DNA of 64,000 bases, from contig JANNBC010000011.1 in assembly GCA_031385045.1 (NCBI GenBank), positions 17,857 through 81,856 on the forward strand, given 5' to 3'. Positions 20,374 to 31,105 of this stretch are shown in pieces. Both the position numbers and the translations under genes were made by a program. The first letter of the stretch is position 1; each line of letters begins with the position of its first letter. This stretch comes from a bacterium (lineage in GTDB: Bacteria; Bdellovibrionota_C; UBA2361; CALJRW01). The notes under the pieces are model-generated. The model had not been told where the DNA came from and ran no database searches. It saw only the letters and a program-made list of their open reading frames with translations.

Positions 20374-21204
20374 CTAAGCCATACCTAGGCGACGTGACAA
20401 CCTAGTAAATATAGATGGTGCACGATAATCTGACTCATCCATCTCGCCATGACCGCATAAACGATCAGCAACTTGCATAAATCCTTTAGCAGATCTAGCC
20501 TTAGGATTATAAACAACTGGCTCACCAGTATTAGCAGCAATAATTACATTATCATCACGCTCTACAACACCAATTAATTCGATTCCTAAAATCTCTTTTA
20601 CGTCAGCCACTGATAGCATGTCACCACGGCTAACCATGTTGTAATCTAAACGATTAATTAACATCTTAGCTTCAATTCCTGCCGCAGCTAGCAGACCAAT
20701 TACTCGGTCACCATCACGAATCGAAGAAACTTCGGGAGTAGTAACAATAATAGCGGAATCAGCAGCGGCATAAGCATTCTTAAAGCCTTGCTCAATACCT
20801 GCTGGAGAATCAATTAAGATAAAATGAAATTCACGTTTGTATTGTTCAATTACGTGTCGAACTTCATCTTCAGTGATCACATCCTTGTCATCAGTTTGTG
20901 ACGCCGGAAGCATATAAAGATTCGGAGATTTTTTAGATTTAATAATTGCCTGGCTTGGCTTACAAACACCCTTAGCAACATCAACGATGTTAAAGACAAT
21001 GCGATTCTCTAACCCTAGAATCACATCAAGGTTACGAAGTCCAATGTCAGCATCAACTAATAATGTTCTCATGCCTTTCATAGCTAAAGCAGCACCGATA
21101 CTTGCAGTAGATGTTGTTTTACCAGTACCGCCCTTACCTGAAGTAATTACAATTACTTCGGCTAAGCCTTTCTTTTTACCTGTGGATCCGTTTGAATTAT
21201 TCAT
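20374..21204 (-). CDS. minD: Septum site-determining ATPase MinD
   Basis: TSGKGGTGKTT, DADIGLRNLD, DSPAGIEQGF, C-terminal amphipathic IFTRLSRRLG. Confidence 0.97.
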   Translation of the reverse strand: MNNSNGSTGKKKGLAEVIVITSGKGGTGKTTSTASIGAALAMKGMRTLLVDADIGLRNLDVILGLENRIVFNIVDVAKGVCKPSQAIIKSKKSPNLYMLPASQTDDKDVITEDEVRHVIEQYKREFHFILIDSPAGIEQGFKNAYAAADSAIIVTTPEVSSIRDGDRVIGLLAAAGIEAKMLINRLDYNMVSRGDMLSVADVKEILGIELIGVVERDDNVIIAANTGEPVVYNPKARSAKGFMQVADRLCGHGEMDESDYRAPSIFTRLSRRLGMA

Positions 21205-21421
21205 AAGATTAACTACCTACATCGACAAATTTACTCTAACAAAGCTGAGGCTGAGTTAGAAACACATTGGGAATATTGTTGCCGCTAAACTAGTACAATA
21301 TCCAAAAAAATCAAGAAAATTTATCTTGTTTTGTCATTTAATAAAAAAATATTACTAAATCAGAAAACAATACAAACTTTAGTGAGATGAAAACCTTTGA
21401 TAAAAATCCTTCAGTACGAAA

Positions 21422-22273
21422 TTAACGAATTCGATTCGCTGCATTTCTGGAGTTATACTGCTCAACAACAATAGCACTTCCATCTACGTACGCAATCTCA
21501 ACGCCTTTGCCCTTTTTAAGCTCTGTTCCTCTAGAAATTACCGAACCAATACGAAGTTGTGTTGGCTGTAAATCTAAAGAAAAGATAAAGCGTCCACCAC
21601 CATTCTCATCATAAGCACCAGCGTGCACGACACCACGAAGAATCCCAAGGACAATCACATCCCCTCCAGCAACAATCTCAGCTCCGTAATTCACATCCCC
21701 TACAAGCACAATAGAATTTTCTGTTTCAATTTTTTGACCAGAGCGTAAAGTTGCGTGCACAATCATGGCATCGGGGTTATCCCAGAACATTGAATTAGCA
21801 AATGGCGAATTCTTAGATTTTGCTTCTGGAAAGCTAACATCAAAATCATCTTTGGTAACTTCAGTCTCAATCGCTTCTGATAAATTTTCAATACCAGCAA
21901 AAAGTCCTGAGCGTGGAGTGGAACTTGTTCTTTCCGGTTGGAAAGAAGTCGTACGAGACACATGCAAGCCAGAGTAATCATCCATCGCATCGTCCTTGGA
22001 AGCAAACTCTTTATTTTGCACTTTAATTTGAAATTTTGTTTTTAATAGCTCGATCACCTGAGCACAAAGCTCATCAGACGGGATCCCTTCACACCACTCT
22101 AAAATCACCTCATTTCCTGAAAGAAATGAGCGACGAGCTTCTAGATAATCGGCAATCGCGTGAAGCAAGACTGAAGATTCCTCCGTAGCAAGCAATCTAA
22201 GAGTTAAACCATCCCCCGTTCCGCGGGCACTGACTAAGGAAGAACCTGATTTGTTACTTGATTCGTTTTGCAT
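21422..22273 (-). CDS. minC: Septum site-determining protein MinC
   Basis: C-terminal LRSGQKI…GDVNYGAEIVAGGDVIVLGILRGVVHAGA; upstream of minD. Confidence 0.9.
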   Translation of the reverse strand: MQNESSNKSGSSLVSARGTGDGLTLRLLATEESSVLLHAIADYLEARRSFLSGNEVILEWCEGIPSDELCAQVIELLKTKFQIKVQNKEFASKDDAMDDYSGLHVSRTTSFQPERTSSTPRSGLFAGIENLSEAIETEVTKDDFDVSFPEAKSKNSPFANSMFWDNPDAMIVHATLRSGQKIETENSIVLVGDVNYGAEIVAGGDVIVLGILRGVVHAGAYDENGGGRFIFSLDLQPTQLRIGSVISRGTELKKGKGVEIAYVDGSAIVVEQYNSRNAANRIR

Positions 22274-22436
22274 ATGGATTTTTACTTGGTTGGTTTAAAC
22301 TACTTGTAGTATGCTTATAGCAAAATTAGATCTTCCTAGTCAAATGAATTATCTTAGATAATCAGTTGGCAAAGGCTTACTAGTCATATACGAAGCGACA
22401 TTAAAATTTACTGAAAATTCAAATGCGCTTAGTATA

Positions 22437-22602
22437 TCAAGTGCGAAGCACTTGAAGCGACCCTTGGGGGTCGCTCAGGCATTGAGTCTTATCCTATAAG
22501 GCTCAATGCTGGGGAATACACATATACTAAAACCTAATAAACTGAAAAAGCCGCGGCTTTTTGCCAAGCAGTTAAGAAAAACCCTAGTGGGTTTTAGTAT
22601 AT
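22437..22602. repeat. Cluster of hairpins (REP/MITE-like or structured ncRNA)
   Basis: Hairpins at 22437-22455, 22456-22475 and 22479-22509; an 81-bp unit 22522-22602 bounded by a 13-bp IR (atatactaaaacc) contains the palindrome aaaaagccgcggcttttt. Confidence 0.7.
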
Positions 22603-22711
22603 TTTGGATTTACTACATACTACTTCTTTGCCTAACAAATACCAAGTATTAACAGATTTCCAATGAAGTATTTTTACCCACTAAAGCTGTATAAATTTTA
22701 GATTTGCCATT

Positions 22712-23215
22712 ATGAAGAAAGCTAAATTAAGCCTCCCTAAATTATCTAAAGTTGAATTTGCAAAATTCTTCTGCTCCGGCTTTTACACTGGAGAGTTCCC
22801 TTTTGCCCCCGGAACGGCTGGAAGCTTTGCCTACCTTTTAATTTGGTATTTCGTACTTTCCCCTAACTACCTTTGGCAATTAATCGCCCTAGTCCTTGTG
22901 ACCACTATTGGCTGGATTCTAACCGCCTACCTACTCCCAAGAATAAATCAGGATGGCAATAAAAAACACAACGACCCATCTTGGATTGTAATCGACGAAT
23001 GGGCTGGCCTGGCCATAGCCTTCCTAGCCGTAGACCCCAAAAATGTATGGCAAATAATCGCCGCCTTTGCTCTATTTCGCTTCTTTGATGCCACCAAGAT
23101 TTGGCCAGTAAGTTATGCAGAAAAAAAGGCTGGGGCGGCTGGGGTGATGTTGGATGATATTGTTGCTGGGGTATTGAGCGTTATAATTCTAGCCTGCGCT
23201 CAATTTTTAATATAA
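22712..23215 (+). CDS. pgpA: Phosphatidylglycerophosphatase A
   Basis: PFAPGTAGS, DPSWIVIDEWAG, LFRFFDATKIWP, GVMLDDIVAG. Confidence 0.93.
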   Translation: MKKAKLSLPKLSKVEFAKFFCSGFYTGEFPFAPGTAGSFAYLLIWYFVLSPNYLWQLIALVLVTTIGWILTAYLLPRINQDGNKKHNDPSWIVIDEWAGLAIAFLAVDPKNVWQIIAAFALFRFFDATKIWPVSYAEKKAGAAGVMLDDIVAGVLSVIILACAQFLI

Positions 23216-23356
23216 ACAGCTGGGCATTCAATTTAAGACTAAAAAGTTGCCTATCTTTCCAAGACTTTTCTTGGCCCTTGAATAAAAAGCACTACATTGC
23301 TTAAATCTCTAAACATAAAACATATGCTATAAAACAAATTATTAGCTTAATTATAC

Positions 23357-26300
23357 TTACTGAGCACTTCCCGTTTCATCTTCTTGCAGACTAGATAACA
23401 TCTGCGTCAAGATACCTCTCATTGCTTTTCTAGTAGCCGGATCCATCGGAACTTCAGGAAGAGGCACTGCATTAGGCTGTACTTGCTCAGTACCAGGTGC
23501 CCTCTCCTCACTTACAGAATTTATCGGAAGCTCTGAAAGAACCTTTGATGCAAAAATATTCATCGCGCTATCATTAGGATTAAATTGCAAAACATGAGGA
23601 TTTTCAACAGGCCTACGAACATAAAACTGGTTAGACCACCTTTCTAAACTATCGGCTGTTATTACATGATAACCAATCTGGCGAGCACCAATTACCAACC
23701 GAAAATACTCATCATGTAACTCCAAATCATCGGAGTAAGCTCTCGGATTATTTGTAAGTGCTGGTTGATCACTCCTATATGTAAAGTGATTATAAATCTG
23801 CATATTTGAATAAACAACATGATACAAATATGCTTGAAATTTTCCTATGGTGATTGGATCTGAAACGGAATCAAAGTAAGCTTCCAAAGCTACTATTTTA
23901 ATTTGATCTTCTTTACTCCATCTCTCCTCGTCATTTCGATCTCGCTCCTCAACATGCCTCTTAAATAAGGCAGCATCGTAAGCTAGCTCTGCAAGTTGCT
24001 TACTACTTAGTGTGTTTGAATTAAATGCGTAAACTAATGGATAAATATTAAAAGGGCTATTCTGTACTAACTCCATAAACTCCTCTGTTTTGACTGTAGG
24101 ATCAAAACAAGCTCTAAAAAGATTAGCCTCTGCCTTAGTTTCGGTTAGAAGCCATACTCCTTCTCTATATTTGATTATTTCACTCCCTGATACCTTTTTT
24201 TCGAATGGCACTTGGGCAAATTTATTTAGGTTAGCGATGAAGTCACCTAACTGCCCATCTAGACTATCAATAAACTGAGAAACCTGAATTTTCTCTCTCG
24301 ATCTCATTATATCATAGACTTCAATGAAAGGATTATTAGCATTTTCAGCTGCAAAGCGAATATCATCAATTGCTCGCGATGAGATATTTGCGGACGAAGA
24401 TAGCTCACCTAACCCTTGAATCGCAAGCAAGGCTTCCTTAACTTTAATAAAATGGCGCGCATCACTCTCAAAAACAATCTCTGCGATTGCCTGTAATCTC
24501 AACTCTAATCTTCTAGTTAAAGCTGCTTGATCACCATTATGATAATTACGATTAAAACAATGCATAACATACGGTAGGGCAACTAAAACTGAATGTGCTT
24601 CTTGATTTGTATTCGTTTCATCATAATTTTTAAAAATGCGAATTACATCTCGCATAATTTGGAACTGCCCCTTCTGCCCGCAACTCTCTCTATAGATATA
24701 ATTAAAAGTAGTTTTTAATAAGTTTGCTGAATATGGTGCCTGCAGCGACGAAAATCCAGTAGCATCATATTCAAATAAACCAGCAGAAATTATATTTCTA
24801 AAACCTTGAGTATTTACTCCAGCATCAGTCTCTTGAGATACTAACCTCTCCCCAACCATCAACTTAGCGATATAGTGGCTTAAAGGGTCTTGTCTGTGGC
24901 CTAGAGAAATAGACTGCAACTCTGATATCAATTCAAATTGTCGATTTCTGGATTGTTCAAGGTAATAGCGAAGGGCTAAAGCAAAATTTACTACTGGAAT
25001 AGAGGTCGATCCATTTTCCTTTACAAGCATTAAATCAACTTGTTCAACAAGTTTGCCGACTAAACTTGGATCTACCTCACTAAACAATGGTAAAGTACTA
25101 AATTCTTTTATAAGATCTAAGATTACACTATGCATTGATGTTCTATCTTGAGGCAAGAGATCATGTTTCATGACTGAAAAAGCAGGAATACCGATGGCAT
25201 AAGCTTGAGTATCTGCAGCTTTAAGTAACATATCTATTTGAATTGCAGGATGCTTTGCATTTGATGAAAAAATTCCTCGCTGCTGAGAATCCCCTTTAGT
25301 CCTATCTTCAACTTTAATATCTTCTAATAAATATTGGGCTAATTCTGGACCAGAGATAAATCTTCGATCTCCAAACTGAAGACTTATTAAAGATTCATTA
25401 AGTTGACCTAAAAGAATATCATTATCGGTTTTTCTTGAATCTAGTTGCGTATCTGAACGAAGTGGGATCTTAATCTTATCTACTACCGATTTTCTTTCTT
25501 GAATTCCCCATTGCTTCCCATTTATGCCCGGCCTAGCTAGATTATCTAAAGTATCAAAGTAGCTTGGGACATCAGTTAATTTATAAAGTAGGATCTCAGG
25601 GAAAAATAATTCCCTAAAAATTGGGTTAATTTGCTTCCAGTCTTTCGCCATTTCAGTTTCGATTTTATCCTTGGATAAATCATTACCAAAGATTACAATC
25701 AATTCGAATCTAATAACATGCATGATCTTAGCAAGACGAGTTTGCTCATCGACAGCACCTTCAGGGTGAAGCTCCTTATGACGCAAAGCCCAATTCAAAT
25801 TTTGCAAAAGATCATTCTGACTTCTTGAAGCTTCCGTTCTTAAAGGACTCATAGTCATAATATCATCATCGCTACCATACGAAAGATACCCACTATCGTT
25901 TGGCACTTTATGCAAAAGAAATGTCAGAACTGAATTTTGAACATCAACCATATTCCTGACCGCCTCAGGCCAAATACAAAGCTGACAATCCTCAGAATCT
26001 TCTGGGAGATTTTTAAATTTAAAATCTGGCTCAAGAATACAATTTAATGTTGTCGCTAAAATCCTACTTACAACATGAATATCATTTTGAAATCCAGAAT
26101 AATCTTGATAATGATTAAATGTTAAAACAACCTGATCCCAAAGCAATTTAAAGGCAATCCTACTTACCTTATCACTAACTGGCCTCTCACCATCTGCTAG
26201 ACCTAATCTATCTTGAGGAAAGATCAAACCTGCGATTGTTGGTTGCGCAATTAAAACTAATGAATCAGCAACCGCTTTATAAACAATCTGCAAAGCACTA

Positions 26301-26893
26301 AGCGAAGAATAATCTCTTTTAAAGTTACCATTTTCTCGAACCTCCTGAATCAGCGCCCCCAGATTTTGATTCAAGATACTTTTAGGAGAGAATACTGTAT
26401 CCTTTCTATGTTCTGTCTGATAAATTTTATCAAGTACGTTAACAGCAGCAACCCCATTGAAAATTAAATCTTGAATAATTAACGAGCCCACTCTATTTGA
26501 ATCTTGCCCATGGAGCGCAAACTGGTTCCATTCTTTAATGTCATTACGGGCACCACTTGCCTGACCAAGCCAAACACCATTAATTGACTGCGCAGCATCA
26601 AAACATCGAGTAAAATAATGAATGATAAAGGTACAATCTTTAGCGTCTAAAGTATCATATATATTTTTCAAGCCAGACGTATCCTTTACCCAAGTAGCTT
26701 CAGGGCTTAAGATCTTGGCGCTAAGCGCATGAATCAAGTTAGTAGAACTCAAATCACGTAGATAATCTGCAGGGACAAAAGACCGCAAATCAAATTCAGT
26801 AGATATTTTCAATCGCTCCAATTGCGCGACAAACTGTACTTCAATTTCACGATGATTTAGTAATGGACTATTGGTTTGATGATAACTAGCCAT
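23357..26893 (-). CDS. Large hypothetical protein (paralog of 27040..30813)
   Basis: 1178-aa ORF, no signal peptide or recognisable domain; collinear similarity to its neighbour. Confidence 0.85.
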   Translation of the reverse strand: MASYHQTNSPLLNHREIEVQFVAQLERLKISTEFDLRSFVPADYLRDLSSTNLIHALSAKILSPEATWVKDTSGLKNIYDTLDAKDCTFIIHYFTRCFDAAQSINGVWLGQASGARNDIKEWNQFALHGQDSNRVGSLIIQDLIFNGVAAVNVLDKIYQTEHRKDTVFSPKSILNQNLGALIQEVRENGNFKRDYSSLSALQIVYKAVADSLVLIAQPTIAGLIFPQDRLGLADGERPVSDKVSRIAFKLLWDQVVLTFNHYQDYSGFQNDIHVVSRILATTLNCILEPDFKFKNLPEDSEDCQLCIWPEAVRNMVDVQNSVLTFLLHKVPNDSGYLSYGSDDDIMTMSPLRTEASRSQNDLLQNLNWALRHKELHPEGAVDEQTRLAKIMHVIRFELIVIFGNDLSKDKIETEMAKDWKQINPIFRELFFPEILLYKLTDVPSYFDTLDNLARPGINGKQWGIQERKSVVDKIKIPLRSDTQLDSRKTDNDILLGQLNESLISLQFGDRRFISGPELAQYLLEDIKVEDRTKGDSQQRGIFSSNAKHPAIQIDMLLKAADTQAYAIGIPAFSVMKHDLLPQDRTSMHSVILDLIKEFSTLPLFSEVDPSLVGKLVEQVDLMLVKENGSTSIPVVNFALALRYYLEQSRNRQFELISELQSISLGHRQDPLSHYIAKLMVGERLVSQETDAGVNTQGFRNIISAGLFEYDATGFSSLQAPYSANLLKTTFNYIYRESCGQKGQFQIMRDVIRIFKNYDETNTNQEAHSVLVALPYVMHCFNRNYHNGDQAALTRRLELRLQAIAEIVFESDARHFIKVKEALLAIQGLGELSSSANISSRAIDDIRFAAENANNPFIEVYDIMRSREKIQVSQFIDSLDGQLGDFIANLNKFAQVPFEKKVSGSEIIKYREGVWLLTETKAEANLFRACFDPTVKTEEFMELVQNSPFNIYPLVYAFNSNTLSSKQLAELAYDAALFKRHVEERDRNDEERWSKEDQIKIVALEAYFDSVSDPITIGKFQAYLYHVVYSNMQIYNHFTYRSDQPALTNNPRAYSDDLELHDEYFRLVIGARQIGYHVITADSLERWSNQFYVRRPVENPHVLQFNPNDSAMNIFASKVLSELPINSVSEERAPGTEQVQPNAVPLPEVPMDPATRKAMRGILTQMLSSLQEDETGSAQ

Positions 26894-27039
26894 GATTAAT
26901 TTATTATAAATTTTTAATCAAAAACTTATCATAAACTGAATCGCTAAGAAATCTAGACGACTTAAAGTACTAATATCATCAAGATTTTTATACAATAACT
27001 AAGTTAAACATTATATTATTAGTAATAAGGAGAAATAAA

Positions 27040-30000
27040 CTAATTCAGCCCGCCCAAATACTGTTTAGTTAATTCAACTTTTTCATCATTAGAGAGATCT
27101 GGATTTGCCAGTAAGCCTGCCAATAGAACTTTGGTTAAATGTGAGGAATTTGCAGGTATTTTTAGTGATTCTTGATCAAGCTTAGTATTTTCTTGCTCAG
27201 TTTCTTCTTCCGCAAGCGTCTTAGCCATATAAGTTGTGATGGCTGATTTTTCTGGATCAAAGTGAATCATTTCAGCCTTATGCGACCAACTAGAAGAATG
27301 AATCTTTGCAGACCAATTAGCTAAAGAACTAGAAACGGCCTTATCATAACTCATACCTCTAGCACCAACTACTAAACGGTAGAACTCATCATGTAAACGT
27401 GAATCATCCGCACGCACTCTTGGATTACTAGTTAAACCAGGCTGATCTCGACGATAAGTAAAATGATTATAGATCTCCATGTTGGTATAGAGAACGTGAT
27501 AAAAATAAGACTGATACTTCAATCTTAATTCTTTTTTCTTCTGCGCAATTTCAGCATGAAGCAATTCTTGATCGACTTCGATAACCTTAACATTTTCGTT
27601 GTTGTCAGTAGCTTCTGCCCCAGCTAGCTCTAAGTTTGCTTTCTCAGCATTAGCAATATGTTTCTCCCTTACAGTACTTGCAACTTGAGTTAATGAATCA
27701 GCGAAAAATTTATTTAAGCTTGCTAAGTTCTTTCCTTTATCTGCGTGATTATCACCAAAAAGGCTTGCATCATAAGCTAACTTTGCCAGATCACCCGGCT
27801 GTAATGCTGGCATTTCTAAGGCCAACAAAAATGGATAATTATTAAAAGGTCCTTTTTCTACTTCTTCTTTATAAGCATCTATGGTTACATTACTATCAAG
27901 GCAAGCCTTAAAAATTTTAGCTTCAGCTGCTGTTTCATCTAGTAACCATCTACCTTCAACTAATTCTATCCTTTTCTTAAACCACTTTGTTTCCTCGGCT
28001 GCTACATTTTGAGTACCTGAACTATCCAAAGAAGAGTCAGCATCAGAAGCTATGCTCTCTCTTTTAGGCTTTTCATCTTCGCCTGCTAAATAAATTAATT
28101 TATCAAGACGATCTTGATAATTTGCAAGTCCCGCTTGCAAATCAGAACCAGAGATTATCGAAATGAATGCTGGTAAATCAATTGACTGCCTCGCATTCAT
28201 AATATCATAAACCTCGACAAAGGGATTATGATCATACTCAACAGACTTTGAACTTCTAACGAGAGCATCATCAGGTAAATCCTTACCTAAAGCCTTCATT
28301 GCTGTTTTTACAGGCTCAAATAACTTGGAGTCTTCACCAATACCAAAAACAACTCCCTGAATAAGATCTAACCTCTCTGCTAAATTAAACTTAGCAAGGC
28401 CATCGGTTCCTTTTAAACGATTAAGAACATACGGCAATGCAACTAAGACCGAATGCGCCTCTTGCATACCACCATTTGTCTGATCATAATTTTTAAAGAT
28501 CTGGATCACATCTTTCATAATCTGTAATCCATCAGGTTGCTCTTGTATATTCTTATATATAAATCTGAATATCGTCTCATTTAAACGGAGCGGGTATGGG
28601 CTATGTACGAAAGTAAAATTAGACATGTTAAACATGAATAGATTCGTTCCAATTTCATTTCGTAAGCTAAATTTAGATCCAGGATTTGGCTTGTCATTTG
28701 GATCTTTAACAATTCCCTCTTTCGGAACTACACAAGCACCATGCATCAAACTTGCAATAACTTGACACTTATCATCCTGTCTATGTCCATCGATGATACA
28801 TTTTAATTCCGCGGCAAGATCATATTGCTTATTACGAGTCTGTTCTAATAAATATGCCAATGCCATGCCAAAATTATTTACCTTTATGCCTGTTTCCTGA
28901 GTCTGAAACATGGCATCAATTTTCTCTTTAAGCACAAGCTTCTCCATCGGGTCGTTAGCAAGTGCCACAAGACCCATTGAATTAGCATTTGGTAATGTTC
29001 CAAAATCTTCAACAATCTTTAATATTAAATTTCGCGTTGCTTCATTCAAATCGGCAGTCTTTGTATGACTCTTCTGCGCAGTTGCCAATCTTTGTTTAAA
29101 GCCAACAAATTGACCTTGCGCGACAGCACCTTCACAATAAACATCAAGCGTTGCCGCTTTTAATAATTGATCTTCTTGTAATTTACGATGGTTAGATTTC
29201 GCTGAAAAAATACCCTTCAGTGCAGATTCTCCTTCAACTTTATCCGAGCCATCAATCAGAAATTTTGCTAACTCTACTCCTGAGTGAAATCTCCTATCTC
29301 CAATTTGCAAACTCAGTAAAGATCGATTTAATTCTTTTAAATTATCTGGAGCTTCTGGCTTAAGTGGGATTGCTAGTCGTTCAATTAAATTTTTTCTCTC
29401 TTCGGCAGATAAATTTACACCGACTAGCTCTGGTCGCACCAATTTATTTAACTCATTAAAGTAAATAGAAGTAGGGTCAGTTAATTTAAAATGAAGAATC
29501 TCAGGGAAGAACATTTCTTGAAAAACCTGATTCATATCTTTCCAATCTTTGGCCATTTCTTTCTTGACGGTATCTACAGAAAGGTTTTCACCAAAAATTG
29601 TCATTAACTGAAAACGAACTACATCAGTAATTCCAGTTAATCTTGCTTGTTCATAAATAACACCATCTGTGTACAACTCTGTGTGTCTAATCTTCCAGTT
29701 AATATATTTATAAAGATCATTTCTAGCCCCATTATCTTCACCTCTTAAAGGAGAGCTAATCATCCAACCATCATCTGCTAAATAACCTAGAAATCCATTA
29801 TCATTTGGAACTTTCGAAAAGAGAAAGGTCTGCACGGTATTTTGCAAACTCACAGAGGTTTTGATTGCCTCGGGCCAACGAGTAATGTGGCATACATCAG
29901 AGCTTGCAGGTAAATTTTTAAAGTCAAAGTCTGGCTCTTTCAAACATCGGAGCGTTGTCATCAAGACCCTATTCACAATTGGGGAATCTCGATCAAACCC

Positions 30001-30813
30001 TGGCATTTGATCATAGTGATTTAAGGTTGCAACTGACTGATCCCAAAATAACTTTGTTGCCAAGGTGCTAACTCGATCTTCAATATCACTTAACTGCACA
30101 TCATTATCAGTTGCTCCTTTCTGAGTAGATGTAACCATTCCAAATTTTTTTGGTTCATAAATAAGCTGCAAAGACTCCGCAACAGATTTATAGATAATCT
30201 GCAAAGAGCCCAAGGCAGAATAAGGCTCTTTAAAACCACCATCCTCACGCAATTCTTTTAAAAATGCTCCAAGGTTTTGATCCAGAATTTTCTGTGGTGA
30301 GAATGGAGTATCTTTCCTAACTTGAAGTTTAAAGACTTCCTCCAGAGCTTTAATTGCGGCTATGCCATTAACGACCAAATCCTGCATAACCTGACAACCT
30401 GGTCGCGCAAGATTGTCAGTCAATAAAGATACAGTCTTCCACTCTTTAACATCATTACGATCACCACTTTTATCACCAAGCCAAACCAAATGTCGCTTTT
30501 GGGCTTTATCGAAAAACTTAGTTGTTTTATCAATTAATTCGTTAGTATCAGCTCCAAAAATTTTCCCATAGGCGATCTTTAATTCCTCATTTAATTTTCC
30601 AAAATCTGTTCCTGAAGTCGTTGCTGCTTGACTAAGTTTATGCACTAAATTTGCTGAGCTTAATCTATAACTAATACTTTTTGGAAGACATTCCCGAATA
30701 TCAAATTCAGCGGCATTATCAAGCCTTGATAAATTATCTAAAAATTCCTGGTTAATGTCGACACGACTGACAACTGGTTTTGGTGATGATGGATTACTAA
30801 CAGCTTCTGGCAT
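27040..30813 (-). CDS. Large hypothetical protein (paralog of 23357..26893)
   Basis: 1257-aa ORF with shared blocks such as QEAHSVLVALPYV and IYNHFTYR.DQP.LT.NPR. Confidence 0.85.
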   Translation of the reverse strand: MPEAVSNPSSPKPVVSRVDINQEFLDNLSRLDNAAEFDIRECLPKSISYRLSSANLVHKLSQAATTSGTDFGKLNEELKIAYGKIFGADTNELIDKTTKFFDKAQKRHLVWLGDKSGDRNDVKEWKTVSLLTDNLARPGCQVMQDLVVNGIAAIKALEEVFKLQVRKDTPFSPQKILDQNLGAFLKELREDGGFKEPYSALGSLQIIYKSVAESLQLIYEPKKFGMVTSTQKGATDNDVQLSDIEDRVSTLATKLFWDQSVATLNHYDQMPGFDRDSPIVNRVLMTTLRCLKEPDFDFKNLPASSDVCHITRWPEAIKTSVSLQNTVQTFLFSKVPNDNGFLGYLADDGWMISSPLRGEDNGARNDLYKYINWKIRHTELYTDGVIYEQARLTGITDVVRFQLMTIFGENLSVDTVKKEMAKDWKDMNQVFQEMFFPEILHFKLTDPTSIYFNELNKLVRPELVGVNLSAEERKNLIERLAIPLKPEAPDNLKELNRSLLSLQIGDRRFHSGVELAKFLIDGSDKVEGESALKGIFSAKSNHRKLQEDQLLKAATLDVYCEGAVAQGQFVGFKQRLATAQKSHTKTADLNEATRNLILKIVEDFGTLPNANSMGLVALANDPMEKLVLKEKIDAMFQTQETGIKVNNFGMALAYLLEQTRNKQYDLAAELKCIIDGHRQDDKCQVIASLMHGACVVPKEGIVKDPNDKPNPGSKFSLRNEIGTNLFMFNMSNFTFVHSPYPLRLNETIFRFIYKNIQEQPDGLQIMKDVIQIFKNYDQTNGGMQEAHSVLVALPYVLNRLKGTDGLAKFNLAERLDLIQGVVFGIGEDSKLFEPVKTAMKALGKDLPDDALVRSSKSVEYDHNPFVEVYDIMNARQSIDLPAFISIISGSDLQAGLANYQDRLDKLIYLAGEDEKPKRESIASDADSSLDSSGTQNVAAEETKWFKKRIELVEGRWLLDETAAEAKIFKACLDSNVTIDAYKEEVEKGPFNNYPFLLALEMPALQPGDLAKLAYDASLFGDNHADKGKNLASLNKFFADSLTQVASTVREKHIANAEKANLELAGAEATDNNENVKVIEVDQELLHAEIAQKKKELRLKYQSYFYHVLYTNMEIYNHFTYRRDQPGLTSNPRVRADDSRLHDEFYRLVVGARGMSYDKAVSSSLANWSAKIHSSSWSHKAEMIHFDPEKSAITTYMAKTLAEEETEQENTKLDQESLKIPANSSHLTKVLLAGLLANPDLSNDEKVELTKQYLGGLN

Positions 30814-31052
30814 CTTTACTTAATTAACTAATTATCCTTAATTTGCATGAGTATTTAAACCAATACTTTAATTGAGAAACTCATCTTATAACTAATAAAG
30901 ATAAGAAAACTCAGTAGCACATACCCTTACGTCTCATTGTGTCGACAGTTTGATCCTATAAATTAAGCTCTTTTTACGCATATAAGTAGCTAAATTCTTT
31001 AAATAAATGCTGATATTCAGAACTAGGGAAGGTTCTGACTTATTAAAACATG

Positions 31053-31090
31053 ATTAGGCGAGTGAAAGCTTAAACTTCCAATCGCCTAAT
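31053..31090 (-). terminator. Hairpin downstream of the 627-aa ORF
   Basis: attaggcga…tcgcctaat, 9-bp arms, 15 nt past the stop. Confidence 0.45.
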
Positions 31091-31105
31091 TTGATAGCAA
31101 ATTTA

